33,262 nucleotides of DNA from Candidatus Planktophila sp. Its GTDB lineage: Bacteria > Actinomycetota > Actinomycetes > Nanopelagicales > Nanopelagicaceae. Under the pieces are notes generated by a model, which saw nothing but the letters and a program-made list of their open reading frames with translations, made no database searches and was not told the DNA's origin. The DNA lies in assembly GCA_046070465.1 (NCBI GenBank), contig JBJTMK010000125.1; one strand, written 5' to 3'. The position numbers were made by a program, and so were the translations under genes. Shown here one piece after another: positions 19,727-28,508 of this stretch (the stretch's first letter is position 1; each line of letters opens with the position of its first letter).

Positions 19727-20254
19727 ATGCAACTTCAACAGGCTCTCGCACTTATACGAGATATACCTGATTTCCCAGCTCCAGGGGTTCTCTTCAAGGA
19801 CATCACACCGCTCCTCGCCAACGCCTCGGCTTTTGACGCCATAACACAAGAACTCGCTGGAGATTCATCTGCCTATTCTCATGTCGTAGGCGTTGAGGCT
19901 CGTGGATTTATCTTGGGTGCTGCAATCGCATCGAAGACTCATAAGGGTTTCGTGCCATTACGTAAGGCCGGAAAACTTCCACACACAACCATTTCAAAGA
20001 GCTATGGTCTTGAATACGGAACCGATGTCATTGAAGCACATATTGATGCAGTCGTATCAGGTGATGAGGTGCTCCTCGTCGATGATGTTCTGGCAACCGG
20101 TGGAACGCTGATTGCATCCATTGAATTGATTGAGGAACTCGGCGCTTCAATCTCTGAAGTAGTTGTTCTCTATGAAATTTGTGCGCTACAAGGTCGTGAA
20201 CGCATAATGGAGAAGTTCCCGAACATCACTATTCGCGCGGTGGTCGCCGAGTAA
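19727..20254 (+). CDS. apt: Adenine phosphoribosyltransferase
   Basis: Motifs IRDIPDFP..GVLFKDITPLL, EARGF, RKAGKLP, LEYG and the PRPP motif LVDDVLATGGT. Start is 19727 or 19715. Confidence 0.95.
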   Translation: MQLQQALALIRDIPDFPAPGVLFKDITPLLANASAFDAITQELAGDSSAYSHVVGVEARGFILGAAIASKTHKGFVPLRKAGKLPHTTISKSYGLEYGTDVIEAHIDAVVSGDEVLLVDDVLATGGTLIASIELIEELGASISEVVVLYEICALQGRERIMEKFPNITIRAVVAE

Positions 20255-22105
20255 ATGCGCATTCCTCAGATTCAAGCTCTCAGGGCACTCGCCGCAATTC
20301 TCGTACTTCTCTTCCATGCCAGCCTCGTTGGCGGCGGATATATCGGCGTCGATATTTTCTATGTAATCTCTGGATATTTGATCACGGGCCTCATCGTGCG
20401 CGAGATTGAAGAACGAAGTGGATTAAATTTTAAAGCCTTCTATCTCAGACGGATAAAGAGACTTCTACCAACTTCATTTTCAATTCTTATGGTGACTGCG
20501 ATTGTCTCGTGGTCTTTGTATCCCGGCACAATGCGAGAAGAGCTCGGTAAGGACATTTTCGCCGCGGCCATCTATGTCTCCAATTTCCTCTTCGCCTTCT
20601 GGCAGATGGACTATCAGAATCTCAATGCGATTCCGCCGGTTGTCATTCACTTCTGGTCTCTTGCGGTTGAAGAGCAGTTCTATCTCTTCTGGCCAGTCAT
20701 CGTTCTCGTTGCCTATAAGACCGGTGGGCGTAGAAACCTCTTCAAGGTAATTGGCCTCATCACTCTTGGATCTTTTCTCTTGAGTCTTTACCTCACCGAG
20801 CGCTCACCTATCTGGGCTTTCTATGCGCTACCTACTCGCGCGTGGGAACTTGGAATCGGTGCGCTGTTATTGGCTATTCCGAAGAAATACAAACTCTCGG
20901 TCGTCTATCCGTGGGCGGCCCTTGCACTGATTGTTTACGCATCCATTTTCTACACCGATAAAACTCCATTTCCTGGAACAGCAGCGATCGCCCCAGTTAT
21001 AGGGACAGCTGCAGCAATCGCCTCGATATCTTCTTGGCCACGAATACTCAACTATTTCAGCAATCTTCGTTTCACCCAATGGCTAGGAGAGATTTCTTAT
21101 CCTCTCTATCTCTGGCATTGGCCGTTATTAGTTATTCCGATGGTGTATCTCGGCCGTGGACTCCATATTTACGAACGTGCACTTGCCATTCTTGGAACAC
21201 TGCTACTCGCTGATATGACTCATCGATTTATCGAACAACCACTTCGCCACATTTCGTTATCCCCTAAGAAAATAGTCTCTGGTGCAGTAATTGCCACGCT
21301 GGTAGCTACAGGTACAGGACTAGCGATCTCGGCTAGTGCGAACAGCACAATCACCTTAAGCACAGGTGAGAGCTACTCTCTAGACGAGATTATGGCCAAG
21401 CCCCAGGTTTATCTCGATGACTGCCATGTCAATAATGGAGAAACTCTCTCCGGAGGTTGCACATATGGACCTGACAGTCCAACGAAGGTGATTCTCTTCG
21501 GTGATTCTCATGCAGCGCAATGGATGCCAGTGCTCGAAGAGCTCGCGTATAAGAAGAACTTTCAACTTATCTCTCTCACAAAATCTGCTTGTCCGGGACC
21601 TGCTGTGGTGAAGGTCGAGACAGGTGAATATAAGAATGCAGATTGCTCCGAATGGCGAAAGAATTCGATTGCTCGTATTCGCGCAACAAAACCAATGGCC
21701 GTTATTGTCAGTGGAATGCAGCACTTTGAACTTCCACCTGGTTATTCAAGCCGTGCTGATTGGTGGAGAGAAGGTGAAGCAAAGACTTTTGCTGCACTTC
21801 AAGGATCTTCCAAACATATTATCTATATTGCAGATACGCCTCATCCATTACGCGACATTCCAAGTTGTGTTGCAGCAGGACGTATTGATAAGTGCAATAC
21901 AACGGAGCCATCAGAAGTGATCTTCTCCCCCGGATGGCAGCAGATAAATCCAACCTCATGGTTCTGCGCGCAGACATGCCCTGCTGTTATTGATGGCGTA
22001 GTTGTGTACCGTGATGCGTCGCACATCAGTGTGCGAGGAGCGAAATTAGTAGAGCCGCAATTACTCAGCACGCTCATTTCACTCGGCCTCTTCGCTTCAA
22101 AGTGA
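20255..22105 (+). CDS. Acyltransferase-3 plus SGNH domain O-acyltransferase (OafA/OatA-like)
   Basis: Motifs LRALA, GVDIFYVISGYLI, RRIKRL, HFWSLAVEEQFY and SYPLYLWHWP. C-terminal GDSHA and D.SH. Confidence 0.9.
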   Translation: MRIPQIQALRALAAILVLLFHASLVGGGYIGVDIFYVISGYLITGLIVREIEERSGLNFKAFYLRRIKRLLPTSFSILMVTAIVSWSLYPGTMREELGKDIFAAAIYVSNFLFAFWQMDYQNLNAIPPVVIHFWSLAVEEQFYLFWPVIVLVAYKTGGRRNLFKVIGLITLGSFLLSLYLTERSPIWAFYALPTRAWELGIGALLLAIPKKYKLSVVYPWAALALIVYASIFYTDKTPFPGTAAIAPVIGTAAAIASISSWPRILNYFSNLRFTQWLGEISYPLYLWHWPLLVIPMVYLGRGLHIYERALAILGTLLLADMTHRFIEQPLRHISLSPKKIVSGAVIATLVATGTGLAISASANSTITLSTGESYSLDEIMAKPQVYLDDCHVNNGETLSGGCTYGPDSPTKVILFGDSHAAQWMPVLEELAYKKNFQLISLTKSACPGPAVVKVETGEYKNADCSEWRKNSIARIRATKPMAVIVSGMQHFELPPGYSSRADWWREGEAKTFAALQGSSKHIIYIADTPHPLRDIPSCVAAGRIDKCNTTEPSEVIFSPGWQQINPTSWFCAQTCPAVIDGVVVYRDASHISVRGAKLVEPQLLSTLISLGLFASK

Positions 22106-22138
22106 GATTTTCTCTGCCTATCGTGGCAGGATGTCGCC

Positions 22139-22786
22139 ATGGCTGAGCTCATTTACTACTGCGGAACCATGGATAGTGGAAAGTCGACGCTCGCGTTACA
22201 GACAGCCCATAACCATCAAAGTCGCGGTCGCGGTGGTCTGATCTTTACAAGTCAGGACCGTGCGGGGTCTGGAGTGATCTCTTCACGCCTGGGACTTCAA
22301 AGCCCTGCCGTTGAAGTGGTTCCAGGTTTCGATATTCATAAATTGGTGGTCGACAAGCTTTCTATGGGCGAACGTATCGACTACATCATCTGCGATGAGG
22401 CTCAATTCTATGAACCAAGTCAGATCGATGGCCTAGCTCGAATTGTCGATGGCCTTGGGATCGATGTCTACGCCTTTGGAATTCTGGCGGATTTCCGCAC
22501 GAAGCTCTTCCCTGGGTCTGCGCGTCTCGTTGAACTTGCCGACCGTGTCAATACCCTGCAGGTTGAAGCGCTCTGCTGGTGCGGTTCACGTGCAACGCAC
22601 AATGCACGTACTGTCAACGGTGTGATGGTGACTGAGGGTGAACAAGTAGTTGTCGGCGATGTGAGTAAGAGTGACGAAGTTGCGTATGAGGTTCTCTGTC
22701 GTCGCCACCACATGCGCCAAGTTACAGCTCGCGCATCACGCGCGGGACATATCTCCACCGATCCATTGCCATTCGGCGATAGATAG
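22139..22786 (+). CDS. tdk: Thymidine kinase
   Basis: Motifs GTMDSGKST, DEAQF, DFR..LFPGS, C.CG and Y.VLCRRH. Confidence 0.94.
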   Translation: MAELIYYCGTMDSGKSTLALQTAHNHQSRGRGGLIFTSQDRAGSGVISSRLGLQSPAVEVVPGFDIHKLVVDKLSMGERIDYIICDEAQFYEPSQIDGLARIVDGLGIDVYAFGILADFRTKLFPGSARLVELADRVNTLQVEALCWCGSRATHNARTVNGVMVTEGEQVVVGDVSKSDEVAYEVLCRRHHMRQVTARASRAGHISTDPLPFGDR

Positions 22787-23518
22787 CTAGAAAGCGTGCA
22801 CGACTGTTGAAATCAGTGGTGCCAAGAAGAGCGCTGGCAGAAGGTTGGCTACTGCAATCTTTTTAATATCCAAGAGCCTTAAACCGATTCCCACCAGCAT
22901 CAAGCCGCCACAGATTGTCATTGCATCAATTTGATATTGCTCTAGGACATTTCCAGCAAGCCAGCCGACTAGAGTCCAGGCCCCTTGATAGATTGCAAGA
23001 GGAATAATAGAAGCTGCGACTCCCCACCCAAGCGTTGAGGCAAATGCCATAGCGGCAAAGAAGTCGAGGGACGATTTCAACAATAGTTGATCAATGCCTT
23101 GCGACATTCCGTCGCTAATACTGCCCAAGATTGCCAAGGGGCCGATCAGAAAAAGAAGAGATGCAGTGACAAAGCCCTCCACAAAGGGACTCTCCGCTGA
23201 TGCCTTAAACTTTTTGCGGAGAGTTTCGCCAAAGACATCGAGGCGGCTCTCTAATTTCAGAGCTGTTCCAATAAATCCACCGACAAGCATGGTGAGCAAA
23301 ATTACGAGCAGTGGCGACCCCTGAGGAAGTGCGGAGTTAAATTCGTGGGACCACAGTGGAATCAGCGCTCCCACCGCTCCTAAGATGGTGATTAAACCAA
23401 GTACATCGGTTATGGACTTCTGAGATTGCGTGCGCAAACGATGGCCCACGGCAATACCAAGTGTGGCCCCGACAATAATTGCAACTAAATTAATGACGGT
23501 ACCTAATCCGATAAACAT
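22787..23518 (-). CDS. DUF554 (YdfK-like) membrane protein
   Basis: Motifs GTVIN, FVEGFVTASLLF.IGPLAILGS, KSSLD, YQG and NLLPAL. Confidence 0.88.
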   Translation of the reverse strand: MFIGLGTVINLVAIIVGATLGIAVGHRLRTQSQKSITDVLGLITILGAVGALIPLWSHEFNSALPQGSPLLVILLTMLVGGFIGTALKLESRLDVFGETLRKKFKASAESPFVEGFVTASLLFLIGPLAILGSISDGMSQGIDQLLLKSSLDFFAAMAFASTLGWGVAASIIPLAIYQGAWTLVGWLAGNVLEQYQIDAMTICGGLMLVGIGLRLLDIKKIAVANLLPALFLAPLISTVVHAF

Positions 23519-23540
23519 CTGCGCAGTATAGACTCAAGGA
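23519..23540. promoter_or_regulatory. Overlapping divergent -10 elements for DUF554 and YczE
   Basis: TATACT (- strand, 23525-23530) and TAGACT (23529-23534), each 6 nt before an ATG. Confidence 0.65.
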
Positions 23541-24203
23541 ATGCGCTCACTGCTGAAGTTCATTGCACCACATAGGACTATTCCTCATACGCCTTGGCGT
23601 GCTGAGCACCGTTGGCAGTTATCTTGGCAGCGCGTTGCAATTCTCTTCTTTGGGCTAGCCATCTTCGGGCTCGGTGATTCGTTGTTGGTACAGGGAAATG
23701 CGGGTAACGCGCCATGGACCGTCTTTGCTCAAGGGCTTTCATTAAAGACAGATTGGCCGCTCGGTTTTTCTACAGCAATTATTTCGCTCTGTGTACTTCT
23801 CATCTGGATTCCGTTAAAAGAGAGACCAGGTTTTGGAACACTTTCCAATATTGTTCTGATTGCCTCATTTATCCAAGTAGGAATCTCTATATTCCCGCTT
23901 CAGCATTCATTGGTAACTGGAGTTCTCTTTGATCTTCTGGGCATCACACTTGTAGGAATTGGATCTTCTCTCTACATCACCTGCGGACTCGGCCCGGGAC
24001 CTCGAGATGGCGCAATGACTGGCCTACATCGCGTGACCGGTGTTCGTGTCGGTCGAGTGCGACTTGGGATTGAGGTCACAGTTTTGGTAATTGGATGGCT
24101 TATGGGAGGTACGGTCGGGTTGGGGACTCTCCTTTTCGCCCTATTAATCGGTGAATCAATCGCTATTTCCTTGGGGGTCGTGGCGCGTCTGACCGGTCGG
24201 TAA
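23541..24203 (+). CDS. YczE/YyaS/YitT-family membrane protein
   Basis: Motifs G.APW.V..QG, ERPGFGT, LG.GPRDG.MTG and GGTVGLGT. Confidence 0.87.
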   Translation: MRSLLKFIAPHRTIPHTPWRAEHRWQLSWQRVAILFFGLAIFGLGDSLLVQGNAGNAPWTVFAQGLSLKTDWPLGFSTAIISLCVLLIWIPLKERPGFGTLSNIVLIASFIQVGISIFPLQHSLVTGVLFDLLGITLVGIGSSLYITCGLGPGPRDGAMTGLHRVTGVRVGRVRLGIEVTVLVIGWLMGGTVGLGTLLFALLIGESIAISLGVVARLTGR

Positions 24204-24303
24204 TAACGACTTCTCTTAAACTACGAGTATTCCCTCGGTCTGTGAGCCGTCATTTCACACGGGGTCGCAAACACCCCCGTTAACAAAATCAGGAAGGTCG
24301 ACC

Positions 24304-25740
24304 ATGCTCGATAGTTTCTTTAAAATATCTGAACGTGGATCCACGGTAGGCCGTGAGGTACGAGGCGGGCTCGTCACATTCTTCACAATGGCATATATCG
24401 TGGTCCTCAACCCACTCATCATTGGTTACACACCAGATAAGTACGGCAATTTCATTGGCGGAGGCAAAGAGCCTCACCTTGCACTCATTGCCGCAGCTAC
24501 AGCTCTCGTAGCAGGAATTCTTACAATTCTTATGGGCGTCGTGGGGCGCTACCCCCTTGCTCTTGCAACCGGCCTTGGTCTTAACACCTTCGTCGCTGTT
24601 GTTATCGCAAAGCAGATGTCTTGGCCAGATGCGATGGGTCTGATCGTTCTAGAAGGTTTGATCATCACTGTTCTAGTTCTCACAGGTTTCCGTACCGCTG
24701 TATTTAAGGCTGTTCCTGGTCAACTCAAGATTGCAATCTCGGTTGGTATTGGTCTCTTCATTGCTCTTATCGGTCTAGTCGACTCCGGTTTCGTACGTCG
24801 CACAGGTGCCGGACCAGTTCCTGTCACACTCGGCGCAGATGGCACCCTTGTCGGTTGGCCAATCATCGTCTTTGCACTTGGCCTCTTCTTAATGATCGGC
24901 CTTATGGTGAAGAAGACTAAGGGTGCTCTTCTTATCGGTATAGCATCAGCGACAGTTCTCGCAGTTGTGCTCGAGAAGGCATTCAAAATCGGCCCAAGCT
25001 TCATCTCTCCAACAGAGTTCAACCCAAAGGGTTGGTCACTCAACGTACCGGCAACACCGAAGGATGGTTGGGTATCAACGCCTGACTTCAGCCTGCTAGG
25101 TCATTTCAGTCTCTTCGGTGGATTTAAGGAAATCAGCCTCGTCGCTGCAGTTCTCCTCGTCTTCACCCTCCTACTCTCTGACTTCTTTGACACTGTAGGT
25201 ACGGTCACTGCTATCGGTCACGAAGGCGGACTCATTGATAAGGATGGAAACATTCCTTACAACGAGCAGATTCTTCTCGTTGACTCACTCGCAGCAGTTG
25301 CAGGTGGCGCAGCAAGCATTTCATCTAACACGAGCTACATCGAGTCTGCTTCAGGAGTCGGTGAAGGTGCGCGCACAGGCCTGGCATCAGTTGTGACTGG
25401 AGTCTGCTTCTTGCTCACTACGCTCTTCGCTCCACTCGTGGCGATGATTCCTTATGAGGCTGCTACTCCAGCGCTTGTGATAGTTGGTTTCTTGATGATG
25501 ACACAGATCAGTGGAATTGACTGGTCTGATTACGGAATTGCCATTCCAGCGTTCCTCACAATTATCTTGATGCCATTTACCTATAACATCTCAGTAGGTA
25601 TCGGAGCTGGCTTTATTTCACATGTAGTCATCCGCACACTCCAGGGACGTCGTAAAGAGATTCACCCGCTGCTCTTAGTAGTTGCAGGACTCTTCATTAT
25701 CTTCTTCCTACAATCACCAATCGATACTTGGATTGGTTAA
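24304..25740 (+). CDS. NCS2/AzgA-family purine (guanine/hypoxanthine/adenine) permease
   Basis: Motifs E.RGGLVTFFTMAYI..LNP, GLGLN.F, GIGLFIA, DFFDT.GT and SYIESASGV.EGARTGL. SD AGGAAGG upstream. Confidence 0.93.
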   Translation: MLDSFFKISERGSTVGREVRGGLVTFFTMAYIVVLNPLIIGYTPDKYGNFIGGGKEPHLALIAAATALVAGILTILMGVVGRYPLALATGLGLNTFVAVVIAKQMSWPDAMGLIVLEGLIITVLVLTGFRTAVFKAVPGQLKIAISVGIGLFIALIGLVDSGFVRRTGAGPVPVTLGADGTLVGWPIIVFALGLFLMIGLMVKKTKGALLIGIASATVLAVVLEKAFKIGPSFISPTEFNPKGWSLNVPATPKDGWVSTPDFSLLGHFSLFGGFKEISLVAAVLLVFTLLLSDFFDTVGTVTAIGHEGGLIDKDGNIPYNEQILLVDSLAAVAGGAASISSNTSYIESASGVGEGARTGLASVVTGVCFLLTTLFAPLVAMIPYEAATPALVIVGFLMMTQISGIDWSDYGIAIPAFLTIILMPFTYNISVGIGAGFISHVVIRTLQGRRKEIHPLLLVVAGLFIIFFLQSPIDTWIG

Positions 25741-25757
25741 TCTCGCTCTAAAGTAAG

Positions 25758-25797
25758 AAATCCCCCATATGGCGCTTTGCCATGTGGGGGATTTTTT
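25758..25797. terminator. Intrinsic terminator, probably bidirectional, between the NCS2 permease and ung
   Basis: 16-bp stem AAATCCCCCATATGGC / GCCATGTGGGGGATTT with one G-U pair, followed by a T run and preceded by an A-rich flank. Confidence 0.85.
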
Positions 25798-26437
25798 ATT
25801 GCAACATCCAATCAACAGGTTCTCTATTAAGGCCGATCAGAATCTCATTTGCCCGTGAGAATGGCTTCGAACCGAAGAATCCACGCCGTGCTGATAGCGG
25901 GCTTGGATGAGGAGATTCAACTACCTCGCTAAATATCGACGCCAGCTCCTTCGCGTAATTTCCCCATAAAATTGCCACAACTTTACGGGAGGACAAATAT
26001 TGAGCGATGTCGAAGGTGAGCGCCTTCCACTCTGAGTCAAGATGAGCATTTCTCTCCCCCACAGCAGTTGTGAGAGTTCGATTCAAAAGCAGAACACCAT
26101 TTTCAGCCCAACGCGTGAGATCAGGATTATTGGGACGGGGCAGGTTGAGATCGTTGGAATACTCGGTGAAGATATTTCTCAAGGAGGCAGGAATTGCCTG
26201 TCCTTCTTGCGATGAAAAGGCGAGACCATCGGCAATCCCCTCACCTGGATATGGGTCCTGGCCAACGATAACTACCTTGACTTCATTGAGCGGGTATCTG
26301 AATGCTCGAAAGATATTCTCGCGTGCAGGAGAAATCGCAATCCCTTCTAAGGACTCCAGAATTGATTGAATGATGCCTATCTTGGTTGCAAAGAATGGCT
26401 GCCAAGAAGGATGAACTTCTTTCAGTGAAAAACTCAT
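25796..26437 (-). CDS. ung: Uracil-DNA glycosylase family 1
   Basis: Motifs GQDPY, GLAFS, SLRNI, GVLLLN and HPSPLS. Confidence 0.95.
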   Translation of the reverse strand: MSFSLKEVHPSWQPFFATKIGIIQSILESLEGIAISPARENIFRAFRYPLNEVKVVIVGQDPYPGEGIADGLAFSSQEGQAIPASLRNIFTEYSNDLNLPRPNNPDLTRWAENGVLLLNRTLTTAVGERNAHLDSEWKALTFDIAQYLSSRKVVAILWGNYAKELASIFSEVVESPHPSPLSARRGFFGSKPFSRANEILIGLNREPVDWMLQ

Positions 26438-27225
26438 TAACGAGCTCTAGCGAAGAATCTCTCACCTTCACGTGATACCGAGATATCGATTCCGAAGATA
26501 GCTGACACGTGTTCGCTGGAGATGACATCGGCAATTGGTCCGGAAACGGCGATTAAGCCATCCTTGAGAATCAGCGCATGCGTTGTACCAACTGGAATCT
26601 CTTCTATATGGTGGGTTACAAGAATCGAAGCTGGCGCCAATGGATCACTTGCAAATATTGAAAATCTACGCAAAAGGTCTTCCCTGCCTCCTAGATCGAG
26701 ACCTGCGGCAGGCTCATCAAGAAGGAGTAGTTCTGGGTCTGCCATGAGAGCGCGCGAAATTTGGACTCGTTTCTTTTCGCCTTCACTGAGTGTTCCATAT
26801 TTACGATCAGCCAGATCTCGGACTCCGAAAGTAGTAAGTAGCGCGACAGCGCGAGATTCATCCCAGAGGTCATAAGCTTCATTCCATCTGCCAAGAACTG
26901 CGTAAGCAGCTGTCAGTACAACGTCTCGGACTACTTCATCACTGGGGATATCTTCAGAGATTAATGCACCGCAAATACCAATACGAGTTCGCAATTCAGC
27001 GAGATCAATCTTGCCCATTTCATTGTCAAGAACATGCACCGTTCCAGTGGATGGGAAGAAACGTGTAGCAAGAATCTGGAGCAGAGTTGATTTACCAGCT
27101 CCATTGGGACCAAGAACGACCCACCGTTCGCCTGGACGAATTGCAAATGTGAGCGGGCCAAGAATGGATCTATCTCCACGACGCACAGACACATCGCGGA
27201 GCTCTAGTACATACTCACCGGCCAT
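26437..27225 (-). CDS. ABC transporter ATP-binding protein (YlmA/ModF-like, orphan)
   Basis: Walker A GPNGAGKST, signature LSEGE, Walker B LLLLDEP and H-loop VTHH. Confidence 0.9.
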   Translation of the reverse strand: MAGEYVLELRDVSVRRGDRSILGPLTFAIRPGERWVVLGPNGAGKSTLLQILATRFFPSTGTVHVLDNEMGKIDLAELRTRIGICGALISEDIPSDEVVRDVVLTAAYAVLGRWNEAYDLWDESRAVALLTTFGVRDLADRKYGTLSEGEKKRVQISRALMADPELLLLDEPAAGLDLGGREDLLRRFSIFASDPLAPASILVTHHIEEIPVGTTHALILKDGLIAVSGPIADVISSEHVSAIFGIDISVSREGERFFARAR

Positions 27226-27305
27226 GCGAGCACGATATATCTTTCATAGTGAAATCTCGCGCAATAATTGCAGATTGAAAGAGTGATTCGTACTAATCTG
27301 GCCTC
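27226..27305. promoter_or_regulatory. Divergent leaderless -10 elements for the ABC ATPase and serB
   Basis: TATCGT (- strand, 27232-27237) and TAATCT (27294-27299), each 6 nt before an ATG. Confidence 0.6.
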
Positions 27306-28508
27306 ATGAGCAGCGAAAAAAGCCAGTTTACGGGGTTAATTCTCCTTTCCGGAGTTGATACACCGGGCATAACACAGGCTCTCTTTGAGACCCTCTCCCC
27401 TTTTGCTGTCACTGTTCTGGATATCGAACAAGTTGTAGCTAGGGACCGAGTCATTCTTACGGTCTTGATTTCACTGAATCCGGATCACCGACTGGCAATC
27501 GATGAGGATCTCAATCTCTGTGCTGAAAAGCTTGGAGTCGATATCGCCACTTCGTTTCAGGTACAAGAAGGCGCAACGATTGCGGCGAAAACTGGCCTCA
27601 TGCATGTTGTTGCACTCGGTAACCCGTTACATCCTGCAGCCATCAGTGCAATTGCATCTGAGATCGCAGAACATGGTGGAAATATCGAACGCATTCATCG
27701 CACAGCTAGCTATCCCATCACTGCCATCGAATTTGTTGTCTCTGAAGTTGACCATGATTGTATTCGTCCCTCTCTGGCTCAGGTGGCAAATAAGCACTCT
27801 GTAGATGTTGCGGTCTCTCCTGGTGGTTTGATGCGGTGGGCTAAGAAGTTAGTTGTGATGGATGTGGATTCAACTCTGATTCAACAAGAGGTAATCGAGC
27901 TCCTCGGCGCTAAAGCTGGTAAAGGCGCAGAGATTAAAGCAGTAACCGATCGCGCTATGGCTGGAGAGTTAGATTTTGAGGCAAGCCTTCGCGCACGCGT
28001 TGCGCTTCTCGCTGGTCTTCCAGCTTCTGTGATTGATGAAGTCCGTGATGAGATAGTCCTTACACCCGGAGCCCGCACTCTCGTCACTACACTCAAAAAG
28101 CTTGGTCATAGCGTTGCAGTAGTTAGCGGCGGCTTCACAGCCGTTATCGAACCGATGCTTCACGATCTAGGAATCTCTCATTATCGTGCCAACACTCTTG
28201 AAGTTGTCGATGGGAAAATCTCAGGGAATGTTCTTGGAGCTGTTATCGACCGCGCAGCAAAGGCAACTGCACTTCGAGAATTCGCCGCAATTGAAGGCGT
28301 TTCACTCGAACAAACTATCGCTATTGGAGACGGTGCAAACGATTTAGACATGATTGCAGCGGCAGGTTTAGGTATCGCATTTAATGCAAAGCCAGCGGTG
28401 AAAGCCGCTGCTGATAGCAGTCTCAGCGCACCATATCTTGATTCGGTGCTTTATCTTCTCGGCATTACTCGTGAAGAGGTCGAAGAAGCTGGCGCAACGC
28501 GTAAATAA
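27306..28508 (+). CDS. serB: Phosphoserine phosphatase with N-terminal ACT domains
   Basis: HAD motifs MDVDSTL, VSGGF and GDGANDLDM, after ACT repeats (G.D.PGIT). Confidence 0.94.
   Translation: MSSEKSQFTGLILLSGVDTPGITQALFETLSPFAVTVLDIEQVVARDRVILTVLISLNPDHRLAIDEDLNLCAEKLGVDIATSFQVQEGATIAAKTGLMHVVALGNPLHPAAISAIASEIAEHGGNIERIHRTASYPITAIEFVVSEVDHDCIRPSLAQVANKHSVDVAVSPGGLMRWAKKLVVMDVDSTLIQQEVIELLGAKAGKGAEIKAVTDRAMAGELDFEASLRARVALLAGLPASVIDEVRDEIVLTPGARTLVTTLKKLGHSVAVVSGGFTAVIEPMLHDLGISHYRANTLEVVDGKISGNVLGAVIDRAAKATALREFAAIEGVSLEQTIAIGDGANDLDMIAAAGLGIAFNAKPAVKAAADSSLSAPYLDSVLYLLGITREEVEEAGATRK

Noticed and set aside
19592-26437. Integrative element or prophage at tRNA-Leu
   Set aside because: No integrase, no duplicated tRNA 3' end seen, and the downstream genes are housekeeping.
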